Positions 29,049 to 38,082 of a stretch of 40,541 nucleotides of DNA are shown one piece after another. Source of the stretch: Bosea sp. (in: a-proteobacteria). Lineage in GTDB: Bacteria; Pseudomonadota; Alphaproteobacteria; Rhizobiales; Beijerinckiaceae. The position numbers and the translations under genes are program-made. Every line of letters begins with the position of its first letter. The stretch's first letter is position 1. The notes beneath the pieces are model-generated. The model saw nothing but the letters and a program-made list of their open reading frames with translations. It had not been told where the DNA came from and made no database searches. The stretch lies in the NCBI GenBank assembly GCA_046292405.1, contig JBKBRD010000001.1, forward strand, positions 1 to 40,541, read 5' to 3'.

Positions 29049-29486
29049 TCAGTCGATCGCCTGGAAGATTTCGGCGGATTCCGCGTGGTCTGCGGCGTAG
29101 TCGTAGAGGCGGCCATATCCTTCCGACATCGCGTCGACCGGGTACTTGAAGGAGAGATGGGAGAAGGCGAACAGCGTAGCGATGATGCCGGCGGCGTCGG
29201 CCGAGACCTCGCCCTCATAGCCGTTGGTGTCGCAGACGATCTGGAAGCGGGGCTTCGAGGTCGGCGCGAGGTAGAGCGGCCTGCCGTCGCGCTCATAGAA
29301 GTCCCAGAGACCGCCACGATAATCGAGCGGGCTCAGGCGCTCCATCAGGTGATAGACGGTCATCTCCGCCGCAAGGACATGCTGGCGGCCGAAGAGCAGC
29401 GGCAGGAAGTCCATCCGGCGAGCCTCCGGTACGAGGGCCACAGCGCGCGCCGTGAAATCGTCAGTGCTGGTGTTAGTGTCGGGCAT
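29049..29486 (-). CDS. Antirestriction protein (ArdB/KlcA family)
   Basis: RRMDFLPLLFG, YRGGLWDFY, NGYEGEVSADAAGIIATLFAFSHL, H.E...IFQAID. Confidence 0.88.
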   Translation of the reverse strand: MPDTNTSTDDFTARAVALVPEARRMDFLPLLFGRQHVLAAEMTVYHLMERLSPLDYRGGLWDFYERDGRPLYLAPTSKPRFQIVCDTNGYEGEVSADAAGIIATLFAFSHLSFKYPVDAMSEGYGRLYDYAADHAESAEIFQAID

Positions 29487-29577
29487 GGGAGATCTCCGGA
29501 GAGCGGATCGGGACGAACCGGCGGCGCTCTCTCTCGACCGGACCGGCTCGAATCCCTCCCGGCCGTCCTGTCGCTCT
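29487..29577. repeat. Leader repeat copy B (upstream of antirestriction gene)
   Basis: Direct repeat of 28897-28986, at the same position relative to the start codon. Confidence 0.85.
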
Positions 29578-29725
29578 GGCGCGTGGCGTGACCGTCTGAT
29601 CGCGCGGCCTTCCGAGGTGGGCTGCGCGGCGCTACACTCCGTCATCCAGCACATGGCGGACGGCGACCTCGGCGAGCGGGGACGTTTGTCCGCCCGACCG
29701 AGCGAGGTTCCGGAGGGAGACGGCG

Positions 29726-30085
29726 ATGAAGGGAAGTGTGATCGGCATGGTGGCCGCAGGATGCCTCGTAGTGGGCTTCGGGGCGGGCTTCGTGCTCCGC
29801 CCGGTGATCGCGCCCGGCGGCGCATCGGCGGCCGCAGTTGCGGGCGTCGCGCAGCCAACAGAAGAAGAGGCCATCGCAGCCGTCCGCCGCCATCGTCTCT
29901 TCACGGGGACGTCGCTCGCCAATGCGACGCTCAAGCTCGGTGATTGTTCGCCGGGTGGTGTCGGGCCTGGCGTGACGTGCATGACGCAGCTCACGATGGA
30001 CACGACTAGGGCGAACGCCACGCCCCAGAACCGGCCGGTCGGCTTCGCGCGTGTCAATGGTCAGTGGGAAGTGGCCGTCTGGTAG
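29726..30085 (+). CDS. Hypothetical exported/membrane-anchored protein
   Basis: GGAG RBS, N-terminal hydrophobic helix, Cys pair (DC...TC), C-terminal FARVNGQW. Confidence 0.7.
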   Translation: MKGSVIGMVAAGCLVVGFGAGFVLRPVIAPGGASAAAVAGVAQPTEEEAIAAVRRHRLFTGTSLANATLKLGDCSPGGVGPGVTCMTQLTMDTTRANATPQNRPVGFARVNGQWEVAVW

Positions 30086-30088
30086 AAT

Positions 30089-30322
30089 TCAGGCAGCTAT
30101 TTCGCCGCTCGTATTGGGCGGAAGGTAGGCGTCGTAGGGATTGCCGTCTGCCAGATGGCCGAACGGCGTGAATACATGTTCGCCACCGTCGCGACCCACC
30201 GCGCAGATGACGTAGCGCGGCTCGCCGGTCGCAGCGTCGGTGCATTCCATCAGCGCCAGATCTCCGCTTTCGGCCGCGCGCAGCAGGGTTTGGAAATTGA
30301 CGCGAGCATGATCGGGGATCAT
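30089..30322 (-). CDS. DUF6117-like small protein
   Basis: IPDHARVNFQTLLRAA..GDLALMEC.DA.TGE.RYVICAV...TPFGHL..GNPY; ATGA-coupled to the upstream ORF. Confidence 0.75.
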   Translation of the reverse strand: MIPDHARVNFQTLLRAAESGDLALMECTDAATGEPRYVICAVGRDGGEHVFTPFGHLADGNPYDAYLPPNTSGEIAA

Positions 30323-30720
30323 CGCGCACCTCCTTCGGCGAGCCAGCGGCCCGTGCTCATCCATTCGATCGTGTGGCCCGTGCCGAGATCGAGCAGATGG
30401 GCGCCGCCGGAGAAGCCGTCGACGACAGGGTCCGACGCGATGCCCGCCCACTGAAACCCCCAGGTGCCGGTGAGCCCGAACGTCTCCGCGCAGCGGGTGA
30501 CGAAGGTGATCAGTAATTGCGGATCGGCGGTGCCGGGGTCGCGAAGCCAGAGCCGCGTCGCGCCGTGCTCGGGCGTCAGCGAGAGCAGGAACGGCTCAGC
30601 GGGCGGGTCCTCGCGAGCGTTCGCGGCCATCAGCGCGGTATAGATATCAAACGCCCGCGCGACGTTGATGACCGAGCCAACGTCGAGCAGGCAGGAGAAG
30701 CGAGTGAGATAGGCGGGCAT
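30319..30720 (-). CDS. Hypothetical protein (133 aa)
   Basis: AGGAG RBS, MPAYLTRFSC...LTGTWGFQWA...GFSGGAH.LDL. Confidence 0.75.
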   Translation of the reverse strand: MPAYLTRFSCLLDVGSVINVARAFDIYTALMAANAREDPPAEPFLLSLTPEHGATRLWLRDPGTADPQLLITFVTRCAETFGLTGTWGFQWAGIASDPVVDGFSGGAHLLDLGTGHTIEWMSTGRWLAEGGAR

Positions 30721-30736
30721 ATCGGGCTCCTGAAAC

Positions 30737-30764
30737 GAAAAGAGCCCGGCGCTGGGCCGGGCTC
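30737..30764 (-). terminator. Rho-independent terminator
   Basis: Minus strand GAGCCCGGC-CCAGC-GCCGGGCTC-TTTTC. Confidence 0.75.
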
Positions 30765-30793
30765 GGATGGGTCGGGATCGTGGTTGGGAGGGG

Positions 30794-31015
30794 CTAGTAG
30801 CCGAATTGCCAGGATGGCCAGTCTTGGCCGTCGTCGGCGGCCGCAACGGCTTGAGCCAGGTACTCGGGATCGCCCTCGACCACGTCAGGGTCGCGGACAG
30901 GCGTCTCGTCGATGACGGTCACGCGGACAACGAGGTCGTCCTCGACCTCGACATGGACCGGCACGAGGTACTGGAAGACGACGCGCCGGACGGGCGCGGG
31001 GCTGGAATGCACCAT
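30794..31015 (-). CDS. Small acidic hypothetical protein (73 aa)
   Basis: AAGGAG RBS, MVHSSPAPVRR...WPSWQFGY. Confidence 0.7.
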   Translation of the reverse strand: MVHSSPAPVRRVVFQYLVPVHVEVEDDLVVRVTVIDETPVRDPDVVEGDPEYLAQAVAAADDGQDWPSWQFGY

Positions 31016-31076
31016 GCGAAGAACTCCTTCGATTTGGGGGAAGGTGCGGAGCGGCCGAAGCCGCCCCGCGAGTCGC

Positions 31077-33212
31077 TCATTCGGCAGCAACGAGGTGACG
31101 CTCGTCGTCTTCGCCGTCGGCCAGCGGTTCCGATTCCTCGTCGGTGCTCAGGAAGTCGGGCAGTTCCGCCCCATCGTCTTCTCCGTCGCTCTCAGCGCCC
31201 GTTGCGGGATCGTCTGCAAGATCAGCGAGCCGAAGCGGTTCGGGCAGCCAGCCGGTGTCGGTCAACAGCCGCTCGGCCTCCTTGGCCATGTCGCCCTTCT
31301 TCAGATGGTCGATGAGCTGCGCCGACGCGTCGCCCTTGGCCTCACGCACCGCTTCGAGGATGCGCGGCTTGGTCACCCGGCTGAGATAATTATCGACGGT
31401 CGGGCGCCATCCCGCTTCCGCCATGTCGAGACCGACAGCGCGCGCGATCCGATCGGCCTGCTTCAGCCGGCGCTCCAGCCCATGCTGCGAGATGCCGGAG
31501 CCGCCGTAGCGGTCGACCTTTTCGGAAAGGGCGTTGACGCCGTAAGAGACGCAATGCGCCAGCAGGGCCGTCCGGCTGGCATCGTCGAGATCGACCAGCC
31601 AGTTCCACAAGGCATCCTCGTCCTGCGGAATGTCGGCCTCCCAGCCTTCTTGCCGTTCTGCAACCGATTTGGCGGACGTGCTGTCCTTCAGGTCGGCGGC
31701 CTGGACGGAGAAGAAGACGTGACGGACGGACACCTCCAGGCACCCTCCGGAAGACGAGGTGCGGTGGAAGGTGTCGAGCACCAGCTTGTGCAGCAGCGCC
31801 GTGATGGCGACGTGCGGGTTGCCGGCCAGCGCATCCCGCAGCGCGAGGGTGCGGTGGGCCGTCAGCTCGCTGACCAGGCGTTCGGGCAACGGCTTGACGA
31901 CATCGTCCTCGTCATCCTCCGGTTCGGGCTTGCCGCCGATGGTGATGACCGCTCGCATAGGTTCCGAGGTCGTCGTCGTTCCTTCGGCTTCGCCGTCGCC
32001 ATCGGTCCGGGGCTCGATCGGCGCCTCGTCTTCGGGACGGACATAGCCGCGCTCGACGGTCAGCCGGCCCGAGCTGTCGATGCTGACAAAGGCGCCAGCG
32101 CGCACGATCTCGGCCCGATCGTAGAGGGTAGGCCGGTTCTGGAAGGCGGCGATCGCCGTCTCGATCTCCTCGAGCCGTAGATCGACTGCCTCCGGCAGGT
32201 CCTCGCCATCTTCATGCTCGGCGTAGAGCCGGTCCAGCTCCTCGGTCAGGGCCTCGTAGGCGGCCTGTTCGTCGGCGGAGAGTTCGGGGCGTTCGCCCGA
32301 GATCCTGCGCAGACCAGTGGTGTGGCCATAGGGGAAGTCCAGCGCGGCATCGATCCAGCGCCAGCCCTCGGCCGCGATTTCCTCGGCGGCGGCGCCGAGC
32401 TTCGCGGTGGCGAGGGTGTCGAGAAGAGCCGGGTCCTGCAGCCATCCGCCGTCGTCGGCCTGGAACAGGTCGCGCAGCGTTGCGCCGCCGGCCGCCTCAT
32501 ACGCCTCGACCCCGACGAACTGCGCACGGCGATCGGAAGCGCGCACCGCACCCTCGGTCAACATGCGGCGGATTTCGTAGGGCTGGCGGCTGTAGGATCG
32601 CTGGATCGTCTCCCACACCTCCATCTGCCGCGCATGGTCGTGCGACACGGTGAAGGCCATGAGTTGGTCGAGCGCTATGCCGTCCTCGGCATAGACGTCG
32701 AGCAGCGCCGGGGCAACCGAAGCGAGGCGCAGCCGCTGACGGACCACGGCCGGGGTGACGTAGAAGCGGGCGGCGATATCCTCCTCGCCCATGCCGCGTT
32801 CGATCAGGGCCTGGAAGGCTTTGAACTGATCGAGGGGATGCAGCGCCTCGCGGTGGACGTTCTCGGCGAGGCTGTCTTCCTCGGCGGGGATCGCGGAGCC
32901 AGCGTCGCGGACGTTGCAGGGGACCGGCGCGGTCTTGGCCAGTCGCTTGGCCTTGACCAGTAGTTCGAGCGCCCGGAACCGGCGACCGCCGGCCGGGACC
33001 TCGAAGATGCCGGTTTCCACACCCTCGCCATCGAGCACAGGGCGGACGTTGAGGTTCTGAAGAAGGCCGCGGTGGCCGATATCCTCGGCCAGTTCGGGGA
33101 TCGAGACGCCGGCCTTGGTCTTGCGGACGTTGGCCTGGCTCAGGATGAGCTTGTTGAAGGGGATGTCGCGACGCTCGCCAAGGGACGCGATCTTCTGAAC
33201 GGCGGTTGCCAT
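31077..33212 (-). CDS. ParB/Spo0J N-terminal domain protein (large ICE-type)
   Basis: ANVRK, GLLQNLNVR, AGGRRFRAL, SLAENVHREALHPLDQ followed by an HTH. Start ATG 33212. Confidence 0.92.
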   Translation of the reverse strand: MATAVQKIASLGERRDIPFNKLILSQANVRKTKAGVSIPELAEDIGHRGLLQNLNVRPVLDGEGVETGIFEVPAGGRRFRALELLVKAKRLAKTAPVPCNVRDAGSAIPAEEDSLAENVHREALHPLDQFKAFQALIERGMGEEDIAARFYVTPAVVRQRLRLASVAPALLDVYAEDGIALDQLMAFTVSHDHARQMEVWETIQRSYSRQPYEIRRMLTEGAVRASDRRAQFVGVEAYEAAGGATLRDLFQADDGGWLQDPALLDTLATAKLGAAAEEIAAEGWRWIDAALDFPYGHTTGLRRISGERPELSADEQAAYEALTEELDRLYAEHEDGEDLPEAVDLRLEEIETAIAAFQNRPTLYDRAEIVRAGAFVSIDSSGRLTVERGYVRPEDEAPIEPRTDGDGEAEGTTTTSEPMRAVITIGGKPEPEDDEDDVVKPLPERLVSELTAHRTLALRDALAGNPHVAITALLHKLVLDTFHRTSSSGGCLEVSVRHVFFSVQAADLKDSTSAKSVAERQEGWEADIPQDEDALWNWLVDLDDASRTALLAHCVSYGVNALSEKVDRYGGSGISQHGLERRLKQADRIARAVGLDMAEAGWRPTVDNYLSRVTKPRILEAVREAKGDASAQLIDHLKKGDMAKEAERLLTDTGWLPEPLRLADLADDPATGAESDGEDDGAELPDFLSTDEESEPLADGEDDERHLVAAE

Positions 33213-33386
33213 GTCGGGATACTCCACGACGGGCGGCCGAGAGACTCTCTCTCAACCTCCAACCCGTCACGAAGCGAAGCGCCGCCCTCTTCCTCTAAAA
33301 GGGGGCAGCGCCACGGAACGGGATTTGGGACACGCGGAAGCGCAAAGCCGGAGACACGGGAATCCGCATCTTCGGCTTTGCGGATG

Positions 33387-34583
33387 TCAGGCGGCTCGAT
33401 CGAGCAGCTTCTTGGCCTTGGCCTCCATGTCGAGGCGGGCGTCCTGATGCGGCTTGTCGCGCGCGACGGCGGTGATGCCCTGCACGAAATCGAAGATGCT
33501 TTCGGGCGGACGGCCTTCCTCTGCCAGGACCGTGTCGATAATCTTGCCGGTCTCGGCCTTGGAGAAACCGCGTCGGCGCAAGAAGTCGGTGCGGTCTTCT
33601 TCGGTGCGCGCCACGATCCGCTCGCGCGCCGCCTTGATACCGTTGACGAAAGGCAAGGGTGAGGAATTGGCGAAGTTCGCCAGCGCTGGCGCCGCCTCAT
33701 GGGCGAAACGGTTGGCGGCATATTTGCTGTGGCGGATGGTGATCTCCTCGAAATCCTCCACGCCCCAGAGGTTTCGATTCTGGCAGACCGCGCGAAGATA
33801 GAAGCTCGCCATGCCCAGCGTCTTGGCGCCAACCTCGGAATTCCAGCAGTAGAAGCCCCGGAAATAGAGATCGGGCGATCCGTCCGGCAGTCGGCCGGCC
33901 TCGATCGGATTCAGGTCGTCGACCAGGAACAGGAAGACGTCGCGATCGGAGGCGTAGAGCGTCGTGGTATCCTTGGTGATGTCGACCCGCGGATTGTAGA
34001 TGCCGGTCGACCAATCGAGCACGCCCGGAACCTTCCAGCGGGTGTCGCCCGTGCCGTTGCCGGCGATGCGTTGCACCGCCTCGACCAGTTCGTGGTCGAA
34101 GATGCGGCCGTAATCCGGGCCGGTGACGGCGCGAAGCTCCACCCGGCCGTTATCGGTTTCGAGCGTCTTGATCTGCTCCGCACGATTGGACGTCAGACCA
34201 TATTGCAGGTTGATCGCGGCGAGCGGTGCGGGAAGCTGGCGCAGATAGGCTGCCGGCGCGCCGACCAGGCTGGCCAGTTGGCCGAAGCTCCAATGGGTCG
34301 GGGCGATGGGCGTGTCCGTGCCTGGCAGGATCAACGCCAGTCGTTCCGGGTCGCTGCGGTTCGCCTCGACATGGATAAGCGCGCTCTCCACCACGCGGGT
34401 CCGGCTGCGTTCGGCGCGGTCGCGAACGGAATCTGCCAGTTCGGACAGCGACAGATAGCGCTCGTCCGCGGGCCGGGAAAACCATTCCGACGAGACGCGG
34501 CCGATCCGCTCGCCGCGGCCGACATCCACTTTGTAGCCGCCGCTGGTGTCGCGGCGCGCGTCGAGAACTGAAACCTGGGTCAT
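33387..34583 (-). CDS. DUF932 domain protein
   Basis: VSSEWFSRP.DERYLSL, PTHWSFGQL, LRAVTGPDYGRI, NSEVG, VCQNRN; AGGAG RBS before ATG 34583. Confidence 0.88.
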   Translation of the reverse strand: MTQVSVLDARRDTSGGYKVDVGRGERIGRVSSEWFSRPADERYLSLSELADSVRDRAERSRTRVVESALIHVEANRSDPERLALILPGTDTPIAPTHWSFGQLASLVGAPAAYLRQLPAPLAAINLQYGLTSNRAEQIKTLETDNGRVELRAVTGPDYGRIFDHELVEAVQRIAGNGTGDTRWKVPGVLDWSTGIYNPRVDITKDTTTLYASDRDVFLFLVDDLNPIEAGRLPDGSPDLYFRGFYCWNSEVGAKTLGMASFYLRAVCQNRNLWGVEDFEEITIRHSKYAANRFAHEAAPALANFANSSPLPFVNGIKAARERIVARTEEDRTDFLRRRGFSKAETGKIIDTVLAEEGRPPESIFDFVQGITAVARDKPHQDARLDMEAKAKKLLDRAA

Positions 34584-34893
34584 GGGACCAATCTCCTGAC
34601 GGGCGCCGGAGACCTCTTCTCCAGCCCTCAACCCGTCACGGCAAAGCCGGTCCGTCCTCTTCCTCTCAAACGGGCGTTGCGGGGCCTCCCGCAGAAGGGG
34701 TCGACCGAGACGCAAGGCTCGGACGCAGGGGAAGGCTTTCCCCTCCTGGTGATCCCAAGGTTTCAGATGCTCTGCGTGAAGAAAGAGTGCGGACGAACGG
34801 GGGCTCAATCTGCTATCAGTGGCCGAGCCATTCCGCGATGAAGGACGATTACTCTCGGCCCATCAGCTACACTAACGGCCGGGGAGGATTGTC

Positions 34894-35505
34894 ATGGATT
34901 TCGAGGATCTCGTTACGGCGCTGTCGCCGCCGCCAAACCGGATCGGAAAATCCGATGGCGAGCACGAACACCATCTCTACGAAGGCGCGGTCATGGTCGC
35001 TTATGCCATGCACCTGTTGCGGACGCAGGATACCCGACACGTCCGTGTTCACCCCGATGGAGAGCACGGCAAACAGTTCGACTTCGCGGCTTGGCTGCTT
35101 CGACGCGACTTCATCAAGATCTCCAGCGTCGGCACCACCAGCTATGGCGGCACGTACCGGAACGCTGCGGGCCAGGAGATCACCATCAATCCAAAGTCGG
35201 GGCTGGGTGATGTGGTCGCAGAGGTCGGCAACCACGTCATCTCCGCCGAATGCAAAGGCGGGATCATCAACACGAGGCATTCGGGCCAGGTGTCTCGGCT
35301 CTACAAGGGTTTGTGCGAGACGGTCGGCATGTTGATGGCGACACCGTCGCAAGGACGGCAAGTGGCCGTTGTCCCTTTCACGGAAGGCACCTTGCGTCTG
35401 GCCGAACGATTGGCGCCGCGTTGCGCCTTGGCCGGCATCGAGATCGCCTTGGTAGGGAGCCGCGGCGAAGTCAGTGATGTGCGTCCTCTGCCGGCTGCCG
35501 GTTGA
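34894..35505 (+). CDS. Putative PD-(D/E)xK restriction-endonuclease-fold protein
   Basis: GDVVAE....ISAECKG gives a D-x12-ExK core; GGAGG RBS. Confidence 0.65.
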   Translation: MDFEDLVTALSPPPNRIGKSDGEHEHHLYEGAVMVAYAMHLLRTQDTRHVRVHPDGEHGKQFDFAAWLLRRDFIKISSVGTTSYGGTYRNAAGQEITINPKSGLGDVVAEVGNHVISAECKGGIINTRHSGQVSRLYKGLCETVGMLMATPSQGRQVAVVPFTEGTLRLAERLAPRCALAGIEIALVGSRGEVSDVRPLPAAG

Positions 35506-35567
35506 GATTGTAGGGCAAAGTCGCCGATCGACGCGACAGAACGAACTGAGGGCAACAGGGGCGAAAA

Positions 35568-36221
35568 TTGCAAATCAAGGATCAGTTGCCGCGCATCTTC
35601 CAGGCCAACCTTGCGCGACTGTTTGAGCGGGTGATCCAGCCCGCAATGGAGGCGCTGCCGGTCCATTCGTCGCTCGAAGGCGGCGAGGCGACGACGATGG
35701 ATCAATTTCTCGATCGCGCTGCGGCCCAGGTCGACAACTACACCGCCAATGAGGCCGCGAAGGCGTTCACGCTGACCCTCGCAGCAATCTTCGAACGTCA
35801 ATTGAGTATTTGGGCGCGAGCTGTCCATCTCGATGACGCGACGGACATGCCCAAGTCGCGCGGTTTCCAAGATTTCCTGGCGCTCTGCGCCGAGCGCGCA
35901 GGGATAGACGTCGGGCAGGGCGAGTTGGGAGCTGATCTGACCGAGATGTTCATGGTCGCCAACGTCGTTCGTCATGGCGAAGGTTCGTCGTGCGAAAAGC
36001 TGAAGACGATCGCGCCGGCGCTATGGGACGATGCCGCTAACGACTATTACGATCTCTTGGCGGGGCCGCCGATTCCGAGCGAACACCTCAGAATCCGGAC
36101 TGGCGATCTCGTGCGCTACATCCGGGCAACAACGCGTTTCTGGGGCTTGGCCGATCCTTTGCCGATGGCGGTGATCGATCCGCCATATCGGGTCGCGCCA
36201 AAGGGCGGGGAAATCACATGA
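35568..36221 (+). CDS. Hypothetical protein with HEPN-like motifs (TTG start)
   Basis: Mostly helical; IFERQL glutamate and ANVVRHGEG (35958-35975), a variant of the HEPN RxxxxH motif. Confidence 0.6.
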   Translation: MQIKDQLPRIFQANLARLFERVIQPAMEALPVHSSLEGGEATTMDQFLDRAAAQVDNYTANEAAKAFTLTLAAIFERQLSIWARAVHLDDATDMPKSRGFQDFLALCAERAGIDVGQGELGADLTEMFMVANVVRHGEGSSCEKLKTIAPALWDDAANDYYDLLAGPPIPSEHLRIRTGDLVRYIRATTRFWGLADPLPMAVIDPPYRVAPKGGEIT

Positions 36222-37006
36222 CGGAGGCCGACGAATTTGACGATGAGCGGGACGATCAGCCCCGCTATCGCGATCTGGCTGAGATCGGCACGGGTGACCT
36301 CTACGAAGCGCTGACGAGCTTGGCCGGCTTTGCCGAGAACCCTTACCTAGCCATGCAGGCGAGCCAACTTTGCCTCGTCGATAATACGCTAAACGCGCTG
36401 GAGCAGGAGGTCATGCGCCATCAGTTCGATGACGAGCCTCCGCGTGCGAAGATCGCGTTGCTGGGCGCGCTCTCGCCCATGTGGATCTACGCTGCCTACG
36501 AGCTGCTGCGGACATGGCGTCAGCGCTGCGAAGACGTCATCAAGCTCGCCGAGAATTCGGGAATCGATCTCAAGGCCGCCCATCTCGAACGAGACCTGGG
36601 ATATCGCCACTACGATCGCGAGCTGCGCGCGCAGCAATTGCGTGACGCCCAGGAGCGGCCCGAACTTGTTGAGCAGATGCGCCGCGACTTGCGGCGGACG
36701 GAAATGGGCTTCACCACGCTCGAATTTATCCGGGTCGCGCTCGCCAAGCACGAGGTGAGCAAGAAGGGAAACAAGAAGCCCATCGCGTTCGCGCCGGGTC
36801 TTGCCCGTCCCAACCGCTGGTGCGGCTCGATGGAGTATGAGCTGAGCAATGGTGGCGCGATCATCAGCTACGTTACGCGTCGCGACATTGCCGAGACTAT
36901 TCGGTTCATCCCCGAGGCGGAAATTCCGAGTGACGACGATCTGGCGGGCTTCCGAGCTTATATGAACCCGCCTGATGTCGAACCGCCGGCGGCGGTGATA
37001 GGATAA
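36218..37006 (+). CDS. Hypothetical protein, possible HEPN-like RNase
   Basis: Helical; AYELLR and RVALAKH (R-x5-H, 36731-36751); ATGA overlap with the previous gene. Confidence 0.55.
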   Translation: MTEADEFDDERDDQPRYRDLAEIGTGDLYEALTSLAGFAENPYLAMQASQLCLVDNTLNALEQEVMRHQFDDEPPRAKIALLGALSPMWIYAAYELLRTWRQRCEDVIKLAENSGIDLKAAHLERDLGYRHYDRELRAQQLRDAQERPELVEQMRRDLRRTEMGFTTLEFIRVALAKHEVSKKGNKKPIAFAPGLARPNRWCGSMEYELSNGGAIISYVTRRDIAETIRFIPEAEIPSDDDLAGFRAYMNPPDVEPPAAVIG

Positions 37007-38082
37007 TGAGCGATCAGCCACCACCAGAGCGACCAAAGATCAAAGCCTTCGACCTGCTCGCGTCGGTGGCTGGTTTTGCTCGCGAACACGCTATCGCGCT
37101 GAACGATCCGTTGTTGGTGGAGCGCTTCATCGCCGACGCAACGCCAAAATTGAAGGAGGCGTTGGCCGACCCGACGCTGATCCATGGCTCGCGAACCGAG
37201 CGCCTGTTTGAGGCGACGGTTCTCAGCCTGGGCCACTTTCGATTGCTGAAGACCGAGGATATTGGTCGCGTCCATGCCGCCGACACCTGCCGCGCGCCGG
37301 ATTTCCGGGTGGTGCTCGACGACGGCGAACAGTGGCTGGTCGAGGTCAAGAACGTCCGAAGCAAGGAGCCCTTCAAGCAGAAAATGCAGATGTCCGCAGC
37401 GTATCTAGCCTCGCTCCAGACATATGCGGACATGGTTGGCACGCCGTTGAAGCTGGCCATATTCTGGTCGCTCTGGAACATCTGGACAGTCATTTCGCCG
37501 GATCGCTTCCGCCGTCCGAACGGTGGCCTCCGCGTCACGATGAAAGATGCGGTTCTCGCCAACGAGTCGGGAAGGCTCGGGGAGGTGATCATCATGACCA
37601 AGGCACCGCTGCGTCTTGTGCTCGGAGCGGCGGCCGACATGCCGCATTCGTTGAGCGAAGATGGGCTGGCCAACTTCATCATCGGGTCGGCGAAACTCTA
37701 TAGCGGCGACGTCGAGCTGACCGATCCCAGAGACCGCAAGCTCGCGGAAGTGCTCCTATTCTACGGTGAGTGGTCCACCGAGGGCCCGCTTGCGATCACC
37801 GACGGTGGCGAGTTCGCGGGTGTCCAGTTTGTCGCGACGCCGGAAGAGCCCTCCGATCAAGGCTGGGACGGCATCGGTTGGGCCAGCCGCATCTTCAGCC
37901 GGTACTATGCCGCGCAGACAATCGATGGTGACCAAGTTATTCAGCTCCATGGCGAGGCCGCGCCGGAATGGTTCGCGCCGCTTTCGGATTGGGATTTCAA
38001 GAACAGCAAGCTGCCGCTCTTGTTGGGACGGGTTCAGGCGTCGGCTCCTGTCGATGGCGGTTTGGCGGAGCCGGTTGATTGA
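37006..38082 (+). CDS. PD-(D/E)xK nuclease (restriction endonuclease fold) with unknown C-terminal domain
   Basis: GSRTERLF helix, then PDFRVVLDDGEQWLVEVKN; TAATG overlap with the previous gene. Confidence 0.8.
   Translation: MSDQPPPERPKIKAFDLLASVAGFAREHAIALNDPLLVERFIADATPKLKEALADPTLIHGSRTERLFEATVLSLGHFRLLKTEDIGRVHAADTCRAPDFRVVLDDGEQWLVEVKNVRSKEPFKQKMQMSAAYLASLQTYADMVGTPLKLAIFWSLWNIWTVISPDRFRRPNGGLRVTMKDAVLANESGRLGEVIIMTKAPLRLVLGAAADMPHSLSEDGLANFIIGSAKLYSGDVELTDPRDRKLAEVLLFYGEWSTEGPLAITDGGEFAGVQFVATPEEPSDQGWDGIGWASRIFSRYYAAQTIDGDQVIQLHGEAAPEWFAPLSDWDFKNSKLPLLLGRVQASAPVDGGLAEPVD

Noticed and set aside
28895-29317. N-terminal extension of the 1583-aa ORF
   Set aside because: It runs through the antirestriction gene, a terminator and the leader repeat. 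The plausible start is 28894. Similar over-extensions were trimmed for trbJ, trbD, DUF2840, DUF736, DUF932 and the antirestriction gene.
34894-38082. Classical type II restriction-modification system
   Set aside because: No methyltransferase lies next to the nucleases. The only MTase domain is in the distant backbone helicase fusion.
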